Shown in pieces: positions 22,152 through 31,742 of a stretch of DNA of 64,000 nt. The notes under the pieces were generated by a model that was given only the letters and a program-made list of their open reading frames with translations, made no database searches and was not told the DNA's origin. Source of the DNA: Bacillota bacterium (lineage in GTDB: Bacteria; Bacillota; Clostridia; Christensenellales; UBA1431); NCBI GenBank assembly GCA_049324235.1, contig JBMOLJ010000033.1, positions 2,518-66,517 on the forward strand, written 5' to 3'. Every line of letters starts with the position of its first letter. The stretch's first letter is position 1. The translations under genes and the position numbers were made by a program.

Positions 22152-22961
22152 CTATTGAAGATACGGGGCAGGATCGACCGCGTGCGCCGATACCGTGAGC
22201 CTGAGGCACAGCCGCGGCGCGTCGCCGTCCATAGTGCCTATGGAATCGCCCGCGTGCAGCGCGCGTCCCTTTGTTGCCGTTACAGTGCCCAGCCCATAGT
22301 ACGTTGTCGTCTTGTTGTCCGCATGCTCTACCACGATATATTTGCCAAGCTCGGTATCGGTTCCCGTCTCCTTCACGGTACCGTCGGCGCACACAAAAAC
22401 GAACTCGTCTTTTTGCGCCGTGATCGCGATGTAGGGGTGCCCCAGCGCTTCAAAGTTTTCGACGATCTCTCCCTGAACCGGCTTGTCAAGCCTAAAACTC
22501 TTCGCGGGGGCAAACACCTGGGCCAGCTTAGCCGCCTCATTCTCCACGAACTTGAGCTTTCCTATGGCATCATCTATACTCATCTCAAAAGTCAGGGCCG
22601 TATGAATACCGCCGGCTACTTCCTTCGTAAACGGTGTATCAATGAGTTTGACCGTACCCACCAGCGCCAGCAGCACAGCACAAACAGCGCTTTTTTGCAA
22701 AAGTCGTTTTGTAAAAGGATCCACCTGAAACTTCCGCTTGCTGCGCTGCCAAGCACCCGCCCTGTGATGCTGCGGTTCCGGCGCCTCCAAAGGCTCCTCC
22801 GGCATCTGTTTCTCCTCTTTTGATCTTTCCCGCTGCGGTGCAAAAGCCATTTCCACCGTCTCCCGCACCCGCCGCCTGCGCGGTTCATCGGGAGCGCGCG
22901 ACGTGAATTCCCCCAGCTCAATGCGCGATGCATGCTCCATGCCTTCACTCAGCCTATCCAT
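22152..22961 (-). CDS. spoIVFA: SpoIVFA-like protein with degenerate M23/LytM domain
   Basis: One TM segment and a C-terminal LytM-like fold (YIVVEHADNKTTTYYGL) lacking the terminal HxH. Lies immediately upstream of spoIVFB. Confidence 0.6.
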   Translation of the reverse strand: MDRLSEGMEHASRIELGEFTSRAPDEPRRRRVRETVEMAFAPQRERSKEEKQMPEEPLEAPEPQHHRAGAWQRSKRKFQVDPFTKRLLQKSAVCAVLLALVGTVKLIDTPFTKEVAGGIHTALTFEMSIDDAIGKLKFVENEAAKLAQVFAPAKSFRLDKPVQGEIVENFEALGHPYIAITAQKDEFVFVCADGTVKETGTDTELGKYIVVEHADNKTTTYYGLGTVTATKGRALHAGDSIGTMDGDAPRLCLRLTVSAHAVDPAPYLQ

Positions 22962-23078
22962 ATCTTTCCCTCCTGCCAGGCTGGCGGACGGTTAACCCGC
23001 CGTCTTATGATTCTGCGGCCTATATTAACGTATGGGAAAGATTATGGTTGTAGACCTTTTGGCTTTTGCCGCTGCCCG

Positions 23079-23106
23079 ATAAAAAAGCGCCCTGTTACAG
23101 GCGCTT
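23079..23106 (-). terminator. intrinsic terminator of the PadR-DUF1048 cassette
   Basis: Gene strand reads AAGCGCCTG-TAA-CAGGGCGCTT followed by TTTTTTAT. Confidence 0.65.
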
Positions 23107-23290
23107 AGGCCGCCGGCAAAGACCCGTTATGTCATTCTTGAAGGAGCAAAGCGATGGAAGAATCTGTGCATATAAGCAATTTATAGAAGCGCGAAAATAC
23201 TGCCCTTTTCCACCTCACGCCTTTAAGGACATGAAGTTTCTTGTAGAAGCCCTTTTGCTTGGATTGCTGTTTCCATCCCGATACCCCCTG

Positions 23291-23641
23291 TTACTTTGTT
23301 TTATCCGCAACCTTTTTCATGGCCTTGTTAACTTTTCGGTCGACAGATTCGTGATAGCTGTCAGCGTAAGTTTTCGAATCTTTTATAAGATCGTCGCAGA
23401 AAGCCGCTACGTCACTGCCTGTCACTTCAAGCACGCCTTTCCCCAAACCCGCGCCCTCTTCAAATAGATCGACAATTCCCGAGAGCAAAACCGTCCCTTC
23501 GGTTAGCTGGGCAGGGCCGACTTTAAATAAATATTTTTGAATCTCTTTATAAACAATCTGATAATCCTGCGGGAGCGCTTTGACACGCGCCACGTGCGCC
23601 CGCCACTCTTTTTTGCCTTCGATGATATCCTGTATTTTCAT
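23291..23641 (-). CDS. DUF1048 domain protein
   Basis: 116 aa helical protein, paralogous to the next gene. Follows the usual PadR-linked arrangement. Confidence 0.7.
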   Translation of the reverse strand: MKIQDIIEGKKEWRAHVARVKALPQDYQIVYKEIQKYLFKVGPAQLTEGTVLLSGIVDLFEEGAGLGKGVLEVTGSDVAAFCDDLIKDSKTYADSYHESVDRKVNKAMKKVADKTK

Positions 23642-23650
23642 TTTATCCTC

Positions 23651-23998
23651 CTACTTCCCTAATTTTTTAGCGATATTATTGTTGAGCTGCTCGCGCCACT
23701 TGTCGCGAAATGACCTTGCCCCTTCTTCGCCGGCCAGCGCCAAGCAGAAGCCGTTGATATCGTCACCCAAAACCTCCCCGACACTCTGACCGTCCGCCGC
23801 CGTTTCTTCGAGCAGGCCAAGCACACCGTCAAGAATCGGCATGAGGTTGCGGCCGGTGAAATCCGAGTGCAGCCAGAGATTGGCTTTAATCTTTTCCCAT
23901 GCCGCCTGATAATCAACCGGCAGATTATTGGCCCGCGATTCCAAAGTTTTAAATTCCTCGGTCATATCGCTGCCTGTGATTTTATCCCAAAAATTCAT
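23651..23998 (-). CDS. DUF1048 domain protein
   Basis: 115 aa. Shares the pattern Y..IQ/K..L...G........D.L.L.EE.A with 23291..23641. Confidence 0.7.
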   Translation of the reverse strand: MNFWDKITGSDMTEEFKTLESRANNLPVDYQAAWEKIKANLWLHSDFTGRNLMPILDGVLGLLEETAADGQSVGEVLGDDINGFCLALAGEEGARSFRDKWREQLNNNIAKKLGK

Positions 23999-24330
23999 TA
24001 TTTTATCTCCTTTAACTCGTTAATTTTTGACGATACAAACTCCCATTTTTCCCAAAACTTGCGCAGTTCCTTGCGCCCCGCGTCGTTGAGCACGAAAAAC
24101 TTGCGCGGCGGTCCCATATCGGACGGCTTTTTTTCTATGTCCACGAGTTTATTCTTCTCAAGCCGCACCAAAATGGTGTAGACCGTTCCTTCCACAACAT
24201 CTGTGAAGCCGAGGGCATTCAGCCGCCGCGTAATTTCGTAGCCGTAGGTTTCTTTGCGGCTTATAATTTCAAGGATGCAGCCCTCAAGCACGCCTTTGAG
24301 CATTTCCGTCAGGTTTTCCAGCACAATCAC
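23998..24330 (-). CDS. PadR family transcriptional regulator
   Basis: ILEIISRKETYGYEITRRL...GTVYTILVRLEKNKLV winged-helix signature. Confidence 0.9.
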   Translation of the reverse strand: MIVLENLTEMLKGVLEGCILEIISRKETYGYEITRRLNALGFTDVVEGTVYTILVRLEKNKLVDIEKKPSDMGPPRKFFVLNDAGRKELRKFWEKWEFVSSKINELKEIK

Positions 24331-24413
24331 CCCTTGCTATTCCGTATGACTTGTATTCGGTATTACTTACTACTGCTATATAGTAACACGCAATAGTAAG
24401 ATTTGTCAACAAG

Positions 24414-24457
24414 GTAAAAAACTTCTGCCCAGCTTTGAGTTGTGCAGAAGTTTTTTA
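24414..24457. terminator. bidirectional terminator after rodA
   Basis: AAAAA-ACTTCTGC ... GCAGAAGT-TTTTTT. Confidence 0.75.
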
Positions 24458-24558
24458 ATCAAATATGCCCTTGCCGAACACTAAAAAAGCGCCTTTATCG
24501 CGCTAATGTTTCGTGTCTGGCCTATATTTTAGAACCAAAAAAATGGGAAAAAATCCCA

Positions 24559-25716
24559 CTAATGCAGGGCAGGTATGGGCTGCCGTTTCAGCCCGACGTT
24601 GAGTACCAGCCCGAAAGCAATCATATTTGTGAGCATGCTCGACCCGCCGTAGCTCAAAAACGGCAGCGGGATACCGGTTACCGGCATTATGCCCATCGTC
24701 ATGCCGATGTTTTCAAAGATGTGGAAGACCTCCATGGCGACCACGCCGATAACCATGAGGTAACCTAGTTTATCGCGCGATTGGGAAGCAATGGAGAGCG
24801 CCCTGAAAATCAAAAGCGCGTACAGCGCGAGTATGACCATGCCGCCCACGAATCCCAGCGCCTCGGTGGTCGCCGAAAAAATGAAGTCCGTGTGCTTCTC
24901 GGGCACATAGTTAAGGCTTGAGAGGTTGGCCTCGTTGAAGAGGCCTTTCCCGAACAGCCCTCCCGATCCTATCGCGATTTTTGAATTGTATACGTTCAGT
25001 CCTGATCCTGAAGTATCGCGTGTCGCATTGAAAAAGTTCAGTATCCGTTCCCGCTGCCATGACTGCATGAAAACGAAGAATACTACGGGAAGCATGGCAA
25101 GCCCTGTCCCGATAATGGAAAGGATGATCTTCCAGTTGACCTCTGCAGCAAAGAGTATGCCGAAGAAAATGCACACGTACACAAACGCCGTGCCCCAGTC
25201 CGGCTGGAGCATGATCAGTCCAAACGGTATGGCAAAGAGTATCATCACGTCGATGATGTCCCGAAAGCCCGTAATACCACCGGTATCCATTTTCTTCGAT
25301 ACCATTTTTGACAGCATGATGATGAGTATGATTTTGCCCAGTTCGGATGGCTGTATGGTTCGGTCTCCAATGATCTGGAACCAGCCCTGCGTTCCCCTGG
25401 ACGCGTAACCGGTCACCAGCACGGCAACCAACAGACCCACGCTGATCCAGTACAGCAGCTTTGCGTGTTCCCCGATGACGGTATAATCCATCATTTGCAT
25501 TACGAACAGGAACAGCGTGCCCACCAGGATCCACGCGGACTGGAGCAGCACGGTGTGCCAGTCTATGCGCGCCAATAAGCCGGCGCTCTCATCGTCGGGA
25601 TACGGGTTGGCGGTAGCGTTCATGATGCTGATGATCCCCACCACGCACAGCGTCATGATCAGGGCAAAAAGGATCCAGTCGAAATTCTTGAATTGCGTTC
25701 TATTAAAAAGCTTCAT
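24559..25716 (-). CDS. rodA: FtsW/RodA/SpoVE family peptidoglycan polymerase (RodA)
   Basis: 10-TM SEDS protein (QPSELGKI, PVTGIPLPFLSYGGSS) in the mre/min cluster. Confidence 0.9.
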   Translation of the reverse strand: MKLFNRTQFKNFDWILFALIMTLCVVGIISIMNATANPYPDDESAGLLARIDWHTVLLQSAWILVGTLFLFVMQMMDYTVIGEHAKLLYWISVGLLVAVLVTGYASRGTQGWFQIIGDRTIQPSELGKIILIIMLSKMVSKKMDTGGITGFRDIIDVMILFAIPFGLIMLQPDWGTAFVYVCIFFGILFAAEVNWKIILSIIGTGLAMLPVVFFVFMQSWQRERILNFFNATRDTSGSGLNVYNSKIAIGSGGLFGKGLFNEANLSSLNYVPEKHTDFIFSATTEALGFVGGMVILALYALLIFRALSIASQSRDKLGYLMVIGVVAMEVFHIFENIGMTMGIMPVTGIPLPFLSYGGSSMLTNMIAFGLVLNVGLKRQPIPALH

Positions 25717-25771
25717 AATCCTGACTTAAAAGTAAACCTCACTTTTACGCCCCAAAGGCGTATTAAACGTA

Positions 25772-26041
25772 TTATTTCTTTTTCACGCCCAGTATCGGAA
25801 TATTCGCAACCAGTGCAGCCCTCGCCTGGCCTGGTTCGCCCAAACGCGTGAGTTCAATTTCGAGCGCCTTCTCGTCGATATCGATATATCGCGATATGCA
25901 TGTGATCACATCGTTTTTTATCCTCAGCGCAATCTGAGGAGATATATCGGTCTTGTCGTGTATGAGCACGAGCTGAAGCCGCTTTTTCGCGATGTCCTTA
26001 GACGCTGGTCTTTTCTTCGAGAATAATCCAAAAACATCCAT
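25772..26041 (-). CDS. minE: cell division topological specificity factor
   Basis: 89 aa with KDIAKKRLQLVLIHD. Downstream of minD. Confidence 0.9.
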   Translation of the reverse strand: MDVFGLFSKKRPASKDIAKKRLQLVLIHDKTDISPQIALRIKNDVITCISRYIDIDEKALEIELTRLGEPGQARAALVANIPILGVKKK

Positions 26042-26053
26042 TTCGTCCCCTCC

Positions 26054-26857
26054 TCATCCCGCGTCTCTGCTTCGCGAAAAGATGCGCTTCATGCGCGTAA
26101 TAAAGCCGGTATCATCCTGGAAGGTACTCAGCGGCACTTCTTCCCCCAGCATTCGCTGCACGACGTTGCGGTAAGCCTGTCCTGCCATGGCGCCGGTTGT
26201 CACGATCGGTTCGCCCAGGTTGGAAGAGCGTACGATGCCAGGGTCCTCGGGCACGATGCCCAACAGCTTTATTCCAAGTATATCCAATATATCGGCAGTA
26301 TCCAACATATCGCCTTTTTTTACCATATTCGGGTTGTAGCGGTTGATCAGAAGCCGGGCGTTCATCAGCCCGTTTGCGCACAGCAGCCCGATGATCCTGT
26401 CGGCATCGCGCACGGCCGACACCTCTGGAACCGTGACCACGATAGCGTCATCCGCACCGGCCACAGCGTTCTGGAATCCCTGCTCTATCCCTGCCGGACA
26501 GTCGACAAGCACATAATCAAAGCTCTCTTTCAGCTCGTCCATCAGCGTTTTCATCTGAGCGGGGTTAACATCCATCTTGTTGCGCGTCTGTGCAGCGGGC
26601 AGAAGCATCAGCCCCTCATAGCGCTTGTCGCGTATCAGCGCCTGTTTCAGCTTGCACGTGCCTTCCACTACATCCACCAGGTCGTATACGATGCGGTTCT
26701 CCAGCCCCATCACCACATCAAGATTTCTCAATCCAATATCCGTATCCACCAGCACGACGCTTTTTCCCTGAAGCGCCAGGCCTGTCCCCAGGTTTGCGGT
26801 GGTCGTGGTCTTCCCCACGCCCCCTTTTCCGGATGTGATAACGATGACTTGAGACAT
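26054..26857 (-). CDS. minD: septum site-determining ATPase
   Basis: MSQVIVITSGKGGVGKTT deviant Walker A. The track ORF N-terminal extension is trimmed. Confidence 0.95.
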   Translation of the reverse strand: MSQVIVITSGKGGVGKTTTTANLGTGLALQGKSVVLVDTDIGLRNLDVVMGLENRIVYDLVDVVEGTCKLKQALIRDKRYEGLMLLPAAQTRNKMDVNPAQMKTLMDELKESFDYVLVDCPAGIEQGFQNAVAGADDAIVVTVPEVSAVRDADRIIGLLCANGLMNARLLINRYNPNMVKKGDMLDTADILDILGIKLLGIVPEDPGIVRSSNLGEPIVTTGAMAGQAYRNVVQRMLGEEVPLSTFQDDTGFITRMKRIFSRSRDAG

Positions 26858-26873
26858 GCCACTTTTCCCTCCC

Positions 26874-27587
26874 TTAAACTTTACGCAGTGAGCCGAATTT
26901 TTGCCGTCCCTGCGATCCGGGATCATACGGCACGATGACAATCTCCCCCTGATGCGCCTGCGCCAGCTCAGGGTAGCCTGTTTTCTGTTCTTCCTTGGGT
27001 GCAATGGCGATGATATCCGCAATACGCAGCTGCGTGGGCTGCAGGTTCAGCGCGAACACCACGGCATCCGTATTCCCCCATGCGCCCGCATGCGCTACCC
27101 CGCGCAGCGTGCCCAGCACCACAATATTCCCTCCGGCCACGAGCTGCGCCCCGGGATTCACGTCCCCCATCACCACGATATTTCCTTCGCTGTGAACCTT
27201 TTGCCCGTTCCTTAATGTGGAACGCACGAACAGGCATTTGTCTTCCTCCTGGTACAGGGCGCTCGCATATGCATCGTTGACCGCCTGCACACGCCTTGAC
27301 GAAGCCTGCGCCGCCATGCGCTCGCGTTCCTGTGCGCTCACAAACTCAATGCCCTCGGCGTTGAAATACCGGCTGAAAATATTAAGAAGCTCCTCTTTCT
27401 CGTTTGCCAGAAGATCACGTCCAACCACGGCGGAAACCTTTACATCCGCCCTTTTACCGAAAAAGCGGGCATTCCCGGTCAGCTTTTTCCCCAGTTCTTC
27501 CTTTAGAGCTTCAAAGGGCGCAAGCGCATCGAATAAAACCTCAATGCCCCCGCGCGTACCTTTGAATACAACGATTCCCTCGTTCAT
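26874..27587 (-). CDS. minC: septum site-determining protein
   Basis: C-terminal beta-helix repeat GDVNPGAQLVAGGNIVVLGTLRGVAHAG. Confidence 0.9.
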   Translation of the reverse strand: MNEGIVVFKGTRGGIEVLFDALAPFEALKEELGKKLTGNARFFGKRADVKVSAVVGRDLLANEKEELLNIFSRYFNAEGIEFVSAQERERMAAQASSRRVQAVNDAYASALYQEEDKCLFVRSTLRNGQKVHSEGNIVVMGDVNPGAQLVAGGNIVVLGTLRGVAHAGAWGNTDAVVFALNLQPTQLRIADIIAIAPKEEQKTGYPELAQAHQGEIVIVPYDPGSQGRQKFGSLRKV

Positions 27588-27694
27588 CGCGCCCTCCTGT
27601 CCTCATTGACCGCCGGCACACGAATGATGCTGCCGGCAACGGACACTTTCGACATTTTTTATTGTTATTATACATGAAACACGGGTTTTTCGCA

Positions 27695-30205
27695 TCACTG
27701 TGTTGGCATGTCGGCGCCAGTAACATCGTCGCTGTTGCTTGGTGTTGCGCCGTTCTTCTTATCCATGTAGTACTTCACGACCTCCTTGGCCGTTTCCGCC
27801 GCCAGCGACCCCTTGTATCCGTTAGGGATGAACACGACTACGGCGATCTGCGGGTCATCTTTGGGTGCAAAACAAACGAACCAGGCGTTATTTTCCAGAT
27901 CAATGTCCGAAACCTGCGCTGTCCCTGTTTTGCCGCCGATCTCGTCCGTATATTCAAAATTCCTGAACACTTCGCTCGCCGTACCGCCGTCCTCAGTAGA
28001 GACGACCTCACGCATGCCTTCCTTTAATTTGTCCAGGTACAGGCTGGGAACATCCAGCTTATCAAATACCGTTGGCGTCACCTCTTTGATGACTTCGCCG
28101 CTCGGCGACACGACCTTTTTAACGATATGCGCATCGTACACGGTACCACCGTTTACCAAAGCTGAAATATAACGCGCCACCGCAATTGGCGTAACTGTTA
28201 CGTACCCCTGGCCCATACCTGACACCGCCGTTAGGGTCGGATTCCAGCTGATCTGATATAATGATGAAGCTATGAGCTTATGATAGCCTTTTTCATTGGA
28301 TATTGTTTCGGAGATTCCGAATTCCTCGCGCAGAATCTGCCTGATTTTGGCGCCCCATGTATTGTCACTGTTGGCCACAGCTTCGACGAGCCTCTGCGCA
28401 CAGCGCTCCAGTGTCTTATCATCAGCCTTAACGTTCTGCTGGCTGCAAATCGTTGGCAATACATCCTTTTGAAGCTGGAGCTGTACAAGATAGGGAAGGG
28501 AAGTATGCTGTTCCTGAATGCCTTTGGAGCCATCGTAGAGTATGTTCTGCCCGCCAATCTGTCCGGTTGCCTCGGCCGGAAGTTCAATCCCCGTTTTGTC
28601 GGTCAGGCCAAGTATCTTTCCCCATTTGTTGAGGTTGTCTATTCCAAGTTTATAGGCGACCGTCATGAAAAAATAGTTGCAGGAGTTTTTCACCGCAGCT
28701 ACGATATCCTGATCCTGATGCTTCCAGTAATTCGGGGAAACCCAGCAATGGGGCGCCTTCATCCCCGGCGCCACCGTGCCGCCCGGATTGAACGGGCCTT
28801 CGTCATCAATCTTCGTATTGACCGTGATTTTTTCTTCCATCAAGCCCCCAAGCCCGGTAACCAGTTTGAAGATGGAGCCCGGTGTCGCTTTTGATGAAAT
28901 AGCCTTGTTAAACAGGGGGCTGCGCTTGTCGTCGCGGTACAGCGCGTAATCCGCCTCGCTGATGCCGCCGACGAACAGGTTCGGGTCGAACGACGGGTAA
29001 CTGGCCATCGCCAGTATCTCCCCTGTTTTCACGTTCATAACAACGGCGGCGCCCGTTTCCGCAAGTTTGATGTCGTTTACATCCTTTTTCCCATCCTTGT
29101 TTACATCCTTGTTGGCCTCCGCGGCTTCCTTGGCATACGCTTTGAGATTTGCGGCAAGCAGGGTTTTCTGCTTGGCGTTAATCGTCTGGATGTTCTTTTC
29201 CAGCGCCTCTTCCAGCTTTTGCTGCAGATTCATGTCAATGGTCAGCATCACGTTGTTCCCGGACTCGGGGTCAACGCTTTTCAGCGTGTTTACCACTTCG
29301 CCGTTGCTGTTGACTTCCACCACTTTATACCCCTGCTTCTCGGTGCTGTTCGCGGTCAGGTAGTCCTCCATGGTTTGCTCGATGCCGGACACGCCCATCT
29401 GATCCTCGCCCGAATACCCTTTTGCAGAGTATGTTTCGATTGTTTCCTTATCCTGCATTTTCCCGATATAGCCTACAATATGCGCGGCCGACAACCCCTT
29501 TGGATAGGTGCGTACATTGGCCTCCACGGCCGACATGCCCGTGAGTTCGTCGGCACGGCTCTCGATCTGCGCAACCGTGCTCTGGTTGACGTCCTGCGCT
29601 ATCGTTACGGGCACGTACGCCGTAAAATAGGTGTACTGCACATCCTGCCACACGGACAGCACCTTAACCGCCTCATCATACGTGACATCCTCAGGGATCT
29701 GGTACTTGTCCCTAAGACGCATGTAACAATCGTAGGGCGTTAATTCCTCATTCTGCAGATACATGTTGCTGCGCCACATGTTCTCGCGCTTTTTTGCGAT
29801 ATCGGAATCGGTGGTCTTAAAATCGAACACGAACGCACCGGTCTTATCGCGCGTGATGCTGAAGTTGTTTTTAATCTTACCGCCGTTTTCCTCGATGATT
29901 TTAATCGTTTTCCGAATAACTTCTGTATACATCGCCCGGTACTTCGACGACCGTTTGGAGGGGTCTCTGTAGAATTCGATATTGTAGCTGGTTTTATCGA
30001 CAGCCAGAGGCACCGAATTGCAATCGAGTATCTGCCCGCGCTGGCCTTTTACGATGATCGTGCGCTGCTTGCTGCTGTTGGACAGCGTTGAATACGCTCC
30101 GGCTTCAATCACGGTAAGATTGAACAGCGCACCTAACAGCACCACGAACAGCAGGCCAAAAATGGCGCGCAACAGCAAAGGTCTATTCTCAAAAAACTTC
30201 GACAT
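27695..30205 (-). CDS. mrdA: penicillin-binding protein 2 (elongation transpeptidase)
   Basis: SIFK, SCN and KTGTA motifs with an N-terminal TM anchor. Start trimmed to MSKFFENRP. Confidence 0.9.
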   Translation of the reverse strand: MSKFFENRPLLLRAIFGLLFVVLLGALFNLTVIEAGAYSTLSNSSKQRTIIVKGQRGQILDCNSVPLAVDKTSYNIEFYRDPSKRSSKYRAMYTEVIRKTIKIIEENGGKIKNNFSITRDKTGAFVFDFKTTDSDIAKKRENMWRSNMYLQNEELTPYDCYMRLRDKYQIPEDVTYDEAVKVLSVWQDVQYTYFTAYVPVTIAQDVNQSTVAQIESRADELTGMSAVEANVRTYPKGLSAAHIVGYIGKMQDKETIETYSAKGYSGEDQMGVSGIEQTMEDYLTANSTEKQGYKVVEVNSNGEVVNTLKSVDPESGNNVMLTIDMNLQQKLEEALEKNIQTINAKQKTLLAANLKAYAKEAAEANKDVNKDGKKDVNDIKLAETGAAVVMNVKTGEILAMASYPSFDPNLFVGGISEADYALYRDDKRSPLFNKAISSKATPGSIFKLVTGLGGLMEEKITVNTKIDDEGPFNPGGTVAPGMKAPHCWVSPNYWKHQDQDIVAAVKNSCNYFFMTVAYKLGIDNLNKWGKILGLTDKTGIELPAEATGQIGGQNILYDGSKGIQEQHTSLPYLVQLQLQKDVLPTICSQQNVKADDKTLERCAQRLVEAVANSDNTWGAKIRQILREEFGISETISNEKGYHKLIASSLYQISWNPTLTAVSGMGQGYVTVTPIAVARYISALVNGGTVYDAHIVKKVVSPSGEVIKEVTPTVFDKLDVPSLYLDKLKEGMREVVSTEDGGTASEVFRNFEYTDEIGGKTGTAQVSDIDLENNAWFVCFAPKDDPQIAVVVFIPNGYKGSLAAETAKEVVKYYMDKKNGATPSNSDDVTGADMPTQ

Positions 30206-30295
30206 AGTCTCCCGTCCCCGTACAACACATCTTGAAATCAGATTTAAAGTGGGAGATTTGCGATCCCCCACACCCCCTGTTAAGGATGTTTCTCC

Positions 30296-30808
30296 CTAGT
30301 CCAGCATTTCCTGATAGCGCCGCCTCATGATGCTGCATTGTGCAAGGCGCTTTAATGGCACATGTATGGGCAGCATGATGATGCCGGTTAACAGCGCGGT
30401 GGGCAGCGCCCCCAACAGAAGCGCCCTAAGCAGCGGGAAGCTTACACCCGCAATCAACGCCACAAGGAACCCCAATAATTCCTTGATCAGGCTGATGCCC
30501 ACGGTGAATCCGCAGGCGTACAGGAGGTTTTCTACGCGCAGGCGCTCACGCGCCATACCGGCAAGCACGCCTGTAAGCAAATACAGCAGCGCGTTTGCGC
30601 CGACCGGCCACCCGAACAGAATATCGAACATCAGCCCGCCAAACATTCCTGTGGCCGCGGCGGTGAAATAACCGTTTGTAAAGCCCAGCGATGCCACCAG
30701 GCACAGCAGTGTATCAGGCTGCGTCCCCAGGATGGGAATGGACTGGAATATCATCGCCTGTATAACGATATTGAGCAGCAGAAGGCCGGCTAAGATCAAT
30801 CCTTTCAT
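30296..30808 (-). CDS. mreD: rod shape-determining protein MreD
   Basis: 170 aa polytopic protein, overlapping the mreC stop. Confidence 0.85.
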   Translation of the reverse strand: MKGLILAGLLLLNIVIQAMIFQSIPILGTQPDTLLCLVASLGFTNGYFTAAATGMFGGLMFDILFGWPVGANALLYLLTGVLAGMARERLRVENLLYACGFTVGISLIKELLGFLVALIAGVSFPLLRALLLGALPTALLTGIIMLPIHVPLKRLAQCSIMRRRYQEMLD

Positions 30809-31659
30809 CCGCCGTCCCCCTGCGACGAAGAAGACGGACTCCCAGTATCCTTCGTTATGATCACCAGCACTTCTTCGATATGATTAAAATCAACGGACGG
30901 CTCTATTAGCGCGTTTTTCTGGAGCTGGTTTTTATCCACAGACACTTCCAGAACCTGCCCGATCCTGATGCCTTTGGGGAATATCCCGTCCTTGCCTGAA
31001 GTTACGACGGTGTCGCCGGGAACCGTGCCCGATTCCACGGGAAGATAATTCATGTTGCATTTGCCGCCCGCCTGAACTGCGCCCTTGACGATTCCGTGGT
31101 CGCGCGTGCGTTCCACAATCGCGCTGATCGCGCTGCGCGAATCGACGAGAGCCGTCACCTGGCTCCAGTTTCCGCCGACTTCGCTCACGCGCCCGATAAG
31201 ACCGTCCGCATTGACCACGGCCATGTCTTTGCGTATTCCCTGGTTGTACCCCGCGTTGATAACGAACACGTCGAACATGTATCCCGGCGATTTTAAAATG
31301 ACCTTAGCGAAGACGGTCTGCTTATCCGGTATGGTTGCTTTATAATCCAGCAAATCCTTTAAGCGCTGGTTCTCTTTTTCCATATCGCTCAGGTTCTGGT
31401 TCTCGATTTCCAGGAGCGCGACGCGTTCATTGAGTTCTTTGATCTGCTGCTGGCTCCCGCCGCCAAATATCCCGCCGATAAAATCGCCCACACCGTTTAC
31501 GATGCCGGAGAAAAAACTGCCGACAGGCGTGAACACGCTCCCCAGCGTGCCTGAAATGCCCGAAAGCCCGCCGCCCGCGGTTGCCACCAGCAGCACGACA
31601 AGAACAACAACGGCTATGACGGTGATGGCAAACGGCTTATTCCGAAAAAACTTGCCCAC
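30805..31659 (-). CDS. mreC: rod shape-determining protein MreC
   Basis: TM anchor, coiled coil (LLEIENQNLSDMEKENQRLKDLL), and beta domains (GLIGRV, GDTVVTSG). Confidence 0.9.
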   Translation of the reverse strand: MGKFFRNKPFAITVIAVVVLVVLLVATAGGGLSGISGTLGSVFTPVGSFFSGIVNGVGDFIGGIFGGGSQQQIKELNERVALLEIENQNLSDMEKENQRLKDLLDYKATIPDKQTVFAKVILKSPGYMFDVFVINAGYNQGIRKDMAVVNADGLIGRVSEVGGNWSQVTALVDSRSAISAIVERTRDHGIVKGAVQAGGKCNMNYLPVESGTVPGDTVVTSGKDGIFPKGIRIGQVLEVSVDKNQLQKNALIEPSVDFNHIEEVLVIITKDTGSPSSSSQGDGG

Positions 31660-31742
31660 GCCATCATCCCCCCGTTCTTTTCATGCCACGCATGCAGGCT
31701 TTTCATATTATAGCATACAACTACAACTTTTGACAAAATGAT

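Noticed and set aside
21277-22392. Long N-terminal extensions in several track ORFs (for example spoIVFB 21277..22392, minD 26054..27022, rnfD 38547..39584, the YbjQ fusion 33626..35035 and purE 12829..13371).
   Set aside because: The extensions are Arg-rich and overlap upstream genes. Internal ATG or GTG codons with proper RBS and family-typical N-termini were used instead.
27612-27637. GCCGGCA...TGCCGGC hairpin between the PBP2 gene and minC.
   Set aside because: There is no U tract on the gene strand, and the flanking genes are likely co-transcribed or separated by an internal promoter. Not called a terminator.
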